Shown: piece by piece, positions 12,701-24,700 of the stretch
Layout: the number at the start of each line of letters is the position of its first letter
How positions within the stretch are numbered: the stretch's first letter is position 1
Assembly: GCA_965112155.1 (NCBI GenBank)
Contig: OZ218100.1
Length of the DNA: 64,000 bases
Source: Podarcis liolepis
Lineage: Eukaryota
Strand: one strand, 5' to 3'
Position numbers and translations under genes: made by a program
Notes under the pieces: generated by a model
Told to the model about the DNA's origin: nothing
The model's input: only the letters and a program-made list of their open reading frames with translations
The model's database searches: none

Positions 12701-15700
12701 CATTTTCATGGGTGAACAATGGGGGAACTGAAGCATGTATGCATATAGAGGGGGGTGAAATGCCCAATGACACCCGTCACGTCACGCCCACTGGTGAGAA
12801 TGACTTTTAGCATGACATGGTGGTATATCCATCAAAAAGCCACGGTTCCATAACACAACAGGTAATGCAGTGTGAAAGGAATGTTAGAAACCGGTAGAGC
12901 AGGGCTAGCATTATAACCAAAATAGCAACACAATAAACCCCACATCTGAAAGCAGCTTAAGCTTCGCAGGTATAGGGAATGAGAGCTGCTTGCTACCTTG
13001 TAAACAATGAGAGTGGAGGCAGGAAAACGGCCTTAACTATGGTAGCCCAGTGCAGATGTAACTGCTAACGTTGCTCACTTATTTACATAGAGGGGCAGGC
13101 AAAAGGCTGCTCACCAATTAACCTGGAACAGTTCACTCTTACATGTCCAGAGGGATAGCAACACCTTGTGCTCACCTGCTGTTTCTCAGATTCAGCCTGT
13201 TCAGGCAGTAAGCCAGGACCTGGCCATCGTGATGAACCATAGAAAGCAGAGAGTCTTCAGCTGCAAACAAAGCACTGGATGCAGAATCTGGCCACAATCC
13301 TAAGGCAAGGAGGGAAGCACCCCTCGTTTCCTCTGACTCCAAGACTGAAACATGCTTCATTATCAAGTCCAGCATATGCTAGTATATAAGGAGAGACAAA
13401 GGGTTGCGATTAGGTTCTTCAACTGGGAAAAACAACAACAGTAGTCTTCTTTCTGTAACATTTTTCTCAGGCATGGAAAACAATTAAAATGTAGCAGTTA
13501 GTTTGAAAAGATAGATAGATACATGGTCTCTAATTCTTGATTGCTCAGATTTTGAACTGTCTCTCACTATCTCTCTCAACTTTGCAAAAGTTGACTCTCT
13601 AGCACAAACACTTGATGAGCACATTTCCAACGGAGGAAGACTTACCTTTTGATTGTCTCCTGACTGTTGTGAACTGACGTAGATGTCCCAACACGCTTTA
13701 TAGAAGCTCTTTGCTAAACCGAATCCTCGGCGCAACTGCTGCACGATCAGCGTTGCAGCATTAATCAAAGCAGATAGAGTGCAAGAGGAACCTGAGAAGG
13801 AAAAATTAACATTACAACCCACCAAGCACCTTTGTAGAATGCCTAGGAATTTAACCATTTTTTTTGCTTTTCCCCTTTTTCAAACCACCTACCTGAGCTA
13901 ACTTCCGTATTATAAATCTGAAATCATAATCAAAATTTCCCAATTCATTCTCTCTCTCAGATGGTCTCTAACACAGTCGCTAAATAGAAGTTACTCTCTT
14001 TAGTGCTTGCCAAGTTTATTATGCATGCTTATCTCACCTGCTATGCTTTCCTTAGCTTCTGTATGCACAGCCACGAGCTCATCACATATGCTGCTTCCAA
14101 ACAAGCCCATTCCATGAAGCAGCAGCTTCACATCGTGAAGATCCAATGAATCACTCTCTCCAGGAACGTAGATCTCAATTCCACGATTCCGCATGGCTCG
14201 GGATATTTCACCGTGTGATGGATCCATTGAAAGGAAAAGCCTTTTTAAGTTTCAATACACATAAGAGAGTATGGTTATTTAAGTTACCCATCCGGTATGT
14301 AATCTTACACTGCTGCTCCTGGGGTGGAGCGAGCGAGGAAGGGGTCACACTAAAGGTAAAGGTAAAGGTACCCCTGCCCGTACGGGCCAGTCTTGCCAGA
14401 CTCTAGGGTTGTGCGCCCATCTCACTCAAGAGGCCGTGGGCCAGCGCTGTCCGAAGACACTTCCGGGTCACGTGGCCAGCGTGACATCGCTGCTCTGGCG
14501 AGCCAGAGCCGCACACGGAAACGCCGTTTACCTTCCCGCTGGTAAGCGGTCCCTATTTATCTACTTGCACCCGGAGGTGCTTTCGAACTGCTAGGTTGGC
14601 AGGCGCTGGGACCGAACGGCGGGAGCGCACCCCGCCGCAGGGATTTGAACCGCCGACCTTTCGATCGGCAAGCCCTAGGCGCTGAGGCTTTTACCCACAG
14701 CGCCACCTGCGTCCCTGAGGTCACACTACAGCCTTGCAATTAGGCACTTGCCTGCAATGTTTAGCGATCAAGGTTATCACCTTGATAAGAGCAATACCAA
14801 CAGTACATTTCTAAGCTGAGTTTCTATTAGAGGGGTACTTGGTTTGTCTGGCTCTTCCCTATGCACAAAGTTTTTTAAAAAAATGCTTATTGCACCCCTG
14901 AACTGCCTCCTCTCCACCACCAGGGAACTCTGCCTTGGCAGAAAAGGGAACTAACCACACTGTTCTACTGTCTTGGCTAGGTGAACAGAGAGGCATGTTG
15001 TGGCTGCTACTTTCATGGCTTCCTCCTCTCCTTATCCTACTTAGAATCAAAGAATTGTAGAGTTGGAAGGGACCCTGAGGATCATTGATTCCAGCCCCCT
15101 GCAGTGAAGGAATATGCAACTGTCCCTATACAGGGATCAAGCCTGCAACCTTGGCATTATCAACACCGCACTCTAACCAACCAACCTTCCCAACCTGCTT
15201 TATTAAACTTCCTGGACACCCAAATAGCAAATGCTCTCTAGGCTTTATACAGAAAAGGAGGAAATAATTTTTTAAAAAACACAAGAATCCAGTAACAATC
15301 TAAAGGCAATAATTAAGCAGAGAATGAAAACGTATGTGTTTCGTGTGTGCCTGCATATACACATGCAGTTCAGAGAAGGTGGAGAGACTAGCATTCGTGC
15401 ATCACACTGCTTTGCTGCCCAGCAAAGGAAGACAAATGACCTTGTTGTAAAAAAAAGGGGGGGTGCTAAGAGAAAACTATCAAGCAATACATCACTTTGT
15501 TGACCCAGCTGAGCGATGATCAAACCTACACTTATTTTCAAGGCTGCAGTAGTGATACCTTAAAGAGACGGTGTTCCCACCCCAATGCATACTGCAACTC
15601 TCAAAGCATAATCCAACAACACACTCCAATAAGCACAAAGAATGTCAGCGCACCTGAAATTTGGATGTGGTGTGATAGTGGGGGTTACACCATCGATCAC

Positions 15701-18700
15701 TCCTCTTTCACTCATGGTGAGGACTCCTCCAGGTTCAAGTAGAGCATTCAAGCGGTCCAGCACAGAAGGACTACACACAAGAAGCAAAGGAACAATTAAG
15801 CACTAAAGGTGGCTCACTGATTTACTAACAACTGCAAGCATTCATTTGGCTTCATAATGGAAGGAATATTCCCCCCCCCTCAATCTGATCAGTTTTATAG
15901 CATCAGATATATGGAAGTAACGCAGAAATGTCATGGGATGGTGTCCAGTTCTGTCCCCTCTGCTCAACAAAGACTCTTTGCCCCAGTGGATGCTTCTGTG
16001 ACTGGAAGGGAGGGGAAAGCAATTTGTGCAATTTTTTGCAAACTTCCCCCTTTCTTCTGCATTGCCTCCTCCTTTTCCAAAGTGTTCCCTAACCCTCTGG
16101 AGCAGGAATTCTTTTTGGGGGGGGGTGTCACAGCAGGCTACAGAGAGAAGGGAGAAATAAGCAAAAATTGCCTTATGACTTCCCCCTTCTGTTCACGGAA
16201 GTGTCTGCTGGAGCAAAGGACCTCCTTGAGTAGATGGGAGATAACTGTATAATCCAGTTTCCTTTGAAACAGTAAATGATGATCTACTCCTTGAATTTCT
16301 CTCTTTGATCTGGTACATGATTTGTAACAGAGATTCAATGACGTTTATCCAATGTGGTTTTCTATATTTATGATAATTTCTTTCTAACAACACAGTTGCG
16401 CTTACCTGCAGAAGTTAACATTGTCCATCAAGAGCCATTCTCCGGACTGTAAAGCCTGAACCAACATCCCATCAACCCATTCAAATGTGCCGTGGTTGCT
16501 GCTGCTCATATACTGAATAACCTGCAGCTTGAAGTGCCGAAATTCTTCTACAAGTCTTGAAAACTCTAAAATCGGGGGGAAAGATACTTAGAATACAATT
16601 CAAGTACTCAAGATTCACACAGAGTGCTTTTCACAACTACATTTAGTCTAATATCCTTCGCCAACTTAGACAAACGGTCCCTCTTTCTTTGTTCAGTTGT
16701 GATCATAAGATCTTTGCATTAGCTTCAACAAGATGTGATGTCTAAACTAATGCATGTAGATCAACCAGGTTTTCATTAAAAAGGGAGAATGTCTTTAATA
16801 TTCACAGAATGATAAACATAATAGACTATTGCTAACTGGTGTGGGGGAGCGGAGCAACCATAACTGTGATGGAGGCTGGAAAAATCTTTAAGGAAGCAAA
16901 TAATTATACTTTGTGCTTCCGCAGATTATGCAGCTTTAATAAATATGGACCCGGGTGGCTTGCTCACAAGTGCTCTATGTGCATTCATCACTGTACATGT
17001 AAAGTTCCTGCACACTTCGGCTGAATGCCAGTGGGTGCAGGAGAATAGAGACGTGGTTGCACACATGTCTAGACCATGTGGCACCACAAATACTCATACT
17101 TTTCCTCTGGTCACATTTGTACACATTTATCTCAGTTGACAACTGCTCCGTAAAGACACACCATCTCTCGCCATGAAAATGTCTTCCTTGTAACATCAGA
17201 GCAGTCTTTAAAATGCTTTGTGGTTTTTGCCTTCTCTGGTGGCATGCAGCAACTGGAATTTGCACATGCTTAGCTGATGACATTTTAAAAGGGGGAAACG
17301 CTATCACTTCCTACTGCTTCTGCGCATACCTGGCTTTGAGTAGGAGCTGATCTTGTTGTTCAGCCGCTGGACCAGTGCAAGGACTCCCTCCAATTTGTTC
17401 ACCAGTTCAATGGTTATGTTTTGATTCCCTTCCCCAAGGGACTTTGGCTTGAAATTTAGAACGAAACTGCTCCAGGCACGCAGCACAATTTCAGCATCTT
17501 CTGGACAGATAGCAGTGAGGAGGAGGCTGTCCCTTAGAAGCGTGCTTACAACGTTCTCCACCTTCTCCAGCAAGCTCTTCCAAGGCCTAATGATGTCAAC
17601 CTATAGGACATTTATTGCATTGGTCACTGCTTGAACCACCACTTCCCACTGGGTTCCTTCAGTATGGTTTTGGAAACCACTTAGAGGTGTTTCTTTCTTG
17701 CTTTCAGTTAAGACATTTAAACTTTGCCCATTCATATACTCCTCAAATTTAAGTTAAGTGGTATCTTGTATGCACTTGACTTGTCCTTATTCCCAAATTT
17801 AAAAAATGCACACTTACTTGCTCAAATCCACCTAACAGCTCGGTTGTATCCATAGAACTGTTCATCGCCATGATCTTCAACTGATGACCTGTCAGATATG
17901 CTAGAAGCTGAATGAGGCTGGTCTTGCCAGCAGCCGCAGGGCCTACCAATATCACCATCCAACTCATATGCACACATTTCATGATGGACTCCAAGGGCTG
18001 GAGTGAATGGTGGAGCAGGGATAGGTTTCTGCCAGGAGGAGGAGCATAGTTCGCGCGGGAGAGGATTGAGAAACCAACCTTCAGTAGAATTAAAAACAAA
18101 ATAAGCAAGTGCATTAGTGTGCATGTATAGTGTGGAGCAGAAATTCAAGAAGGTGCCCAAGTAGCAGCAACTTTTGTTCTCTCTCACCTGGACGTCATAA
18201 GGAGTGATGTGGAACTGTCTGGAACCCATATATGGTTCAGCATCCTGACCAAAAATGTCCCTGAATAGACACACTACCTAAAACAAACAAACAAACAAAC
18301 AAACAAACAGATGAAAGATCACATTTCTAACAAATGCTGAAATCCTTATATTCTAATTCTGCAGCAACTCTCAAATGAACGATTTCAAAAGAAACCGGGG
18401 AAACTCCCAATGGGTTGTTTGTTGAAGTCTGAAGTCACCTGCTTCAGGATACAGATCTGCCCAGCTTGTAATGCTCAGCTGCAACCTGAACTAAGCCTCA
18501 GCTTGAGAGAAGCTGGAATGCAAAACTAGACTGCTTACATGCGGGGCCAGTGAGTTTTCAATTGCCCCTCAAAACCACATTTATTTTTCACGCCATTTTT
18601 CTGAGCACTAATCATAAGCAAAACGAGAACAGCATTCTGCAAATCCACTAAAGGCTGATTGTGGTATCTGAGAGTTGCTGGCACAGGACACAGCAAGAAA

Positions 18701-21700
18701 GCTGTGGGATCATTTTGTCTGATCAAGCTCCCTAATCGCAATGAAATTACACTTAGGTAGGTTCCCTTTCCACACACTTGCTGTAAGCCCTCTTAACCAA
18801 TGTACCAGGAGTTTAATCTATCTCTAACACATCCTTAGCACATGAATGGTGATAAAACTACATGAGGTCCCTTCAAATCCTGCACCTGCTTAACTGAAAT
18901 GCTAATTCAAGACCTTGGAGGAAAGTAGATAATCTTAAATAGAAGTCATTCAATGTTTCAAATAATGTGGGAAAGGTACCCAAAAAAATTCAGTAAAATT
19001 TGTGTTTAAGATCCAAGAATGGTTTAACATATCCATACTTGTAAAACAGAAAAGACTAATAGGATTAAGCACATTTTTCATGCTCCTTACCTTCTCCTTG
19101 TCTGTATTTGTTCTCATTCTTTCCCCGTATATCAAGAACATGTGTTGGCCTGGATCGTAACTGCCAGGCGACTGGTCAACAAGCATCAGCTGACACCATC
19201 GGAAAAGGTCACGCAGATTAAACTCCCAAGGACCACCTTTATGCCCCCACTTCTTCTCAATCATAACTTCTTGATCAATCTGAATAACGTACCAGTTCAA
19301 AAGATTAAAAACTCAGACATGTTTCAGCTCATGGTAGATTATTAAAACGCCATTGCACAAGAAAACATTCATCGCGCCAAGCATTCAACTTAATTTACTG
19401 CTCTTCTAAGCTACCACCACTCTTTACCGTCCATTCAAAATCTTTATGGAATGCTCTTGTTCCAGAATAACTGGGGAAACCTAAACACATACAACATGCA
19501 GTTGTCTTACCTTGGACACACATGTATGATTCTATGCCTACTTGCTAGGGGGAAAGCCTCAAAGAAACTTTTATGTGAACTCAGACTTAGTAAGCCTCAG
19601 CCACACAAACGGAACATGCCATAGGAAGAAAAAAAGGGAAGTTCTGTCTGACATATTAGGCAACAAAAAATGAAATACAAACCCAGTCTGCAGTGGCTGT
19701 TATCTGCGGAGCCCAGCTAGTTTACATGCCACTGCAACTCCAGAGTTGAAAATGACTACAAATGAAGTTTGTCTCAATACATGATGTTCGGATGAAAACT
19801 GTGACCAGCTTTTCACATAGTTGCAGCAGTCATTGGCTTGGGCTTGTGGGGACAGTCACCAGAACCCTGAAGTCCCTCTCCTTAAGAAGACCATTCACAT
19901 CATCAAGAGGAGTTTCAGGAATTATACTTACCATGTTGTTAAATTCAACCATTTTTGCAATAATCTTTTTGTCAATAGCAGGAAACAGGGTATTTCCAAT
20001 GTACTCCATGTCTGCGGATGAGAGAGGGTCCACGAAAACCTACATCATCAATATAATTAAATGGGGTGGGAGGTGAGACTCAAGTATTATTTTTATGTAG
20101 ACACAGAAAAATGCACAGTGCACTTGCAAATGAAATAAAAATGATTCCATTTAGAAAGGAACAGCAAGGAGGACAAGAGAAATAGTTTGAAATGACATTA
20201 TGGACTTGCCTGTGTGAATCTGTTCAGAAAAGATTTGGGCAACCCCTTTCTGCCACCTCCTTGCCTGTAGGGATTCTGGCATCCAAAGATCTTTGTTTTC
20301 TTGTGTTGCACATGGAAGCTCATTCCCAACTCAGGAATGTAAATCTCTGCCCGATGGTCAAAACAAGCATTCAGGCCTTCTAGTACCGACTGAGAAGCCA
20401 AGTTCAGCTATTTGAGAGAAACCAACAGGAAAATTTACACTGCCCCTCTTCTTCACAACACACACTTTTGCCCACAAAACACCTTTAAATCTATAGCAAA
20501 TAAGCAAAAGTACTGTAGTTAGCTCAGGAAAAGTTAACTTCAGATTAACACAAATGCCCTGGTTATTTAGCTACTCTTTTGGCTTCAAGCTCCTTTTGCA
20601 CAACTCAGAAGAGCAACAGCATAGCCCAGGGACGTCCAACTCCCAAAGACTGTGATCTACTCACACTATAAAAAAACTGGCAATGATCTACCCATTGTTG
20701 TTGGATGGACCAAAGTTGGTGAGCTTTTTAGGAGGCCAAAGCTGTTGAGCTTCTTTGGGGGGAGGGGGAGGAGGAGGAGGAGATCACTGAGGGGCCTGAG
20801 ATCTACCAGTAGAAGAAGAAGAAGAAGAGTTTGGATTTGATATCCCGCCTTTCACTCCCCTTCAGGAGTCCTACAGCGGCTAACATTCTCCTTTCCCTTC
20901 CTCCCCCACAACAAACACTGTGAGGTGAGTGGGGCTGAGAGACTTCAAAGAAGTGTGACTAGCCCAAGGTCACCCAGCAGCTGCATGTGGAGGAGCGGAG
21001 ACGCAAACCCGGTTCCCCAGATTATGAGACTACCGCTCTTAACCACTACACCATACTGGCTCTCATGATCTACCTGTTGGACACGCCTGGCATAGCCTAA
21101 AGGTAAATACAACTGTGAAGTCAATGAGGCTGTCGGAATCCACTCAGATAAATGCCATTGCTCAGGGGTAGAGTAGATGCCTTGTGTGCAAAAAAATGTC
21201 CCAAGAATCAATGGCTAGCATCTTCAAGTGGCACTGTTTGAAACCCTGAGCTGGATGGACCAATATTATAAAACCACTTCCTATGGATTCTATTAAGAAA
21301 GTGTTGATTTCAAGCTAATTCAGCCCTAAGACGGTACTTAAAAGGTTAGTAGTTTTAATCTTCTGTAAACTGCAGCACATCCATGACACAGAACTCAAGC
21401 TGTTTGTCCACAAAATCGCCTTCTGAAACTGCCACCCCAGAAAAAGCAAGTGTGTGTTCTCCCACTGGAAAACTGAAGATAAAATCTGAGCAGCCTCTTG
21501 AATAAATGGGAGCAGCAGACTGTTCCAGGATACTTTCTCCACGTAAGGAGAATGCACTGTTAACTTTACCATGTTTGGATAGGATCCTTTTAAAGTCCCC
21601 AAACAGCAAACTGAGACAGCTAGAGACCTCATTTTCCAAAAAAGGAACGAAAATCCTTTTTCTGTGCTACATTAAGTTGAACTCACCTCATCTAATACAA

Positions 21701-24700
21701 TCCAGTGTCCAGCTTTCAATGCTGCAAGCAAAGGTCCATCACGCCAGGCAAATTCCCCTCCTTTGCCCCCTTCAACAGGTAAGTCTGTGCCAAACAAATC
21801 TGTGACGTCCTGGATCAGAAGGAAGAAAAGTCAAGGTTTCCAAATGCATGTGAAACAATTGCAATTTAGAAAAAGCTCTCCTAGGCTTGCAGCAATAATC
21901 CAGTAGCATTTATACCAAGAGTTATAAATATTTTGTTCTATGCATCTGTTGCATCAGCCGGTAAGTGCGTTCTATGAACAAAAATGAAACCCAAGAGTAA
22001 TTTTAAAAATAAAGAAAAATAATTCTAAACCATTAAGATTTTAACCAATATTCAAGCAGCAAACTTTGATCAAGGTTCTTTGCATCTGTATTTTAGGCAG
22101 TTTGTTTTGATCATTCACACCAATAGATGGATCACAATTCTAGCAGAATGTGTCCCTTTACTAGACAGGAAAAGGAATATAATGCTTCCTCTTAGAATTA
22201 ATCAACAATACACCCCTTATTAAACTTACCTATTTCTAAGCATCTTCCCCCTCCCCAATCAATTAGGAGTATTCTCAAGATTTGTGAAAACTTAACACCT
22301 GTTAACTTGCAAGTATAGACTCTCACATTCACAAGTACAGGTATTTCAGTGGAGACCACAGTAATCCCTACCTACCGTTTGTTCAGAAAGATTGATTCTA
22401 ACAAGGCAATTTCCAGAAGCCTTTGCCAAGGCTGCTACTAGGCTGGTTTTCCCAACACCTGGAGAGCCTTCCAAGAGAATGGGCTTCTTAAGTTGCAAGG
22501 CCCTTAACAACCGCTGTGCATTCATTGCTGTAGTTCCTGCATTTAGAGCGTAGTCTGAGACATTGTTCTTCTGGTAAATAGGGCCTACAGCACAGAGAAA
22601 GCAAATAAAAAATTAATTAGATTACAGGGTAAGATGATCAACATTTTTGCTCCAGTGAAAGTACTAGCTCATCAGACAGAATAATGGTACCAGATCAACA
22701 TTCATCTTGATGCAGAGGGATTTTCCTCCAAAGTTTTGTTTTTTGTATTTTTGCAATCTCCCCTCTTTTTAATGGGTGGTGCAGGCTTAGCTATATTAAG
22801 CAATGGCACTCCTGTCTTAACATCTGAAATACACAGAATTATGATACTTAACAATTCTAACTACAGATTGTGGAGTAAAATATTTGAATGCTCCACCATT
22901 AAAGCTCTTAAAAACTCCATGCATATTGAAAGCTAGCATGCCAGAGCGAAGTCTAAGCTAAGTGCCTTCATCTGAGAAAAGAGCATTCAAGCACTCAATT
23001 AGAAATGGAAGGGTCTTGGAAGGACTGCAACAAATTATTTTTTCTGCATGTTTGTCACGCATTCTGCTCTTAAGTCATCGTAAGCGGCACATCACCACTC
23101 AAATTGTACAGCAGCAGCAGCAGCAATACCACCAAAAGAGTTCCTTGCCTGTTGGTATGAAAAATGGGTGGATTCCTATGTGGTTCTCCATCCAAACCAT
23201 TTCCCTTTCCCTCTTCAGGTCATATATTTTCAGCTCATTCTTCTGAACCTCAGTGAGTTGCACTACTTCAGAAATTTTCCCACACAAATATTCCAGGCAT
23301 TTTTCACGAGCCAAAGCAGCTGAGCCAGCCGAACAGGACATGGTGCCTACATAGGGGGTAGAGGGAAGAAGAGATCATAGTCATATGTCAATGGTGGAAG
23401 TGAACATATAGTTAGCAGTAAGATATGGTCAAAATCTGTAGGCAGGTTGTAATGCACACTCTGTAGCACAAACACTATACGTTGCTTGCATGCATCTTGA
23501 GACTGTTTACTATTTTTGTTCCAAAATGACAAACTTGCTTTAAACCCTTGCGTAGTTCTGGACCCCCTCCCCAATAAACGATTTGAACTATTCAGAGATA
23601 AAGCAAAGAAACTGAAGACATACCTGAACCTATTCCATCTATGTACACCAGACATGCAGCATGGACAAATGTTGTCACTGGACAGACGCTAAAAAGCTGG
23701 TGCTCCTCTGGAGAACTGGATAGTTTGTCTTGCGCCATAGCATTCATGAAGCTGACCCACGACAAAACATCCCGGATGCTGAGGATACAGTGGTGTCCAA
23801 ATTCTTGATTGGTCAGCCACTCTATGAAATCCATCATGAGCCCTGCAATATCTGCCCCTGGGAAAGGTGATTAGATGGAGAGAAGAGAAAAAATACATAA
23901 GACACAGACCTGAAACAGAATATGTTTTGCAGTAATTCACAATGACCCACAAGGGATGCAGAGGCCTCTGTACATAATTTTTGCAAGATAACTGAATAGA
24001 AGTGCTTAAATGTTTTTACATAAATATTTGCAAAAGTAGAAAGGGTTGAATGCTTTAAAAAAAAAAACCATCCACAAGTAAATCAGCAGATGCAAAATTC
24101 AAAACATGCTTTGATCCTGCAACTTCATTGGTCTCTGACTGAACTTTGGCCCAGACCATTACTTTAAGCACAGTGACTGAACTTTGGCCCAGACCATTAC
24201 TTTAAGCCTAAGAGGACAAACATTCATCTTAATGCAGAGAATATAGCCAAGGATAGAAAAAATAAGAGTGTATGTTTCATCAGCACTACTTATTTTTTCA
24301 TCCTTCATTTAAAACCTTGGATAATAAAGAACCTAGGTCAGACCTGTATAACATGCACATATATTTGGACTAGAACAATCCTTAATGTTCAATTTGCAAT
24401 AGCTTTTTCCGACAGCAACTTACAGCTGTGTTCAAATGAGGTCTCTGGTGACAATATGCATAGCAACCTCTGCCTATACCACAGAATCTAGTCACTGAAT
24501 TCCAAACTTTTTTTATCCCTTTCAACGTACTAAGAGCTCGAACTGTTCTTCCTTAAATCACTGTCCAGGCAATGATAAAATTTAAGCAAAAGGAAACTGA
24601 TTTTGCACTTAAAATGACCCAAGTATTATGCAAATATATTTCAATTCCACAATCTAGGTTTATCAAGTATAGAATTTGGAACATACAGCATCTGAAACAT

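Noticed and set aside
16406-16440. AAA6 Walker B lacks the catalytic glutamate (LLMDNVN); AAA1 has LLEDID
   Set aside because: Same as recalled human/yeast midasin features, so not novel.
21315-21639. Overlapping 94-105 aa minus-strand ORFs in intron 37
   Set aside because: No homology recognised and no convincing splice pair; exons 37 and 38 join seamlessly (VLDE|LNLA).
24136-24207. CRISPR-like reading of the 34-bp direct repeat
   Set aside because: Only two units with a 4-bp spacer, in vertebrate intronic DNA with no cas genes.
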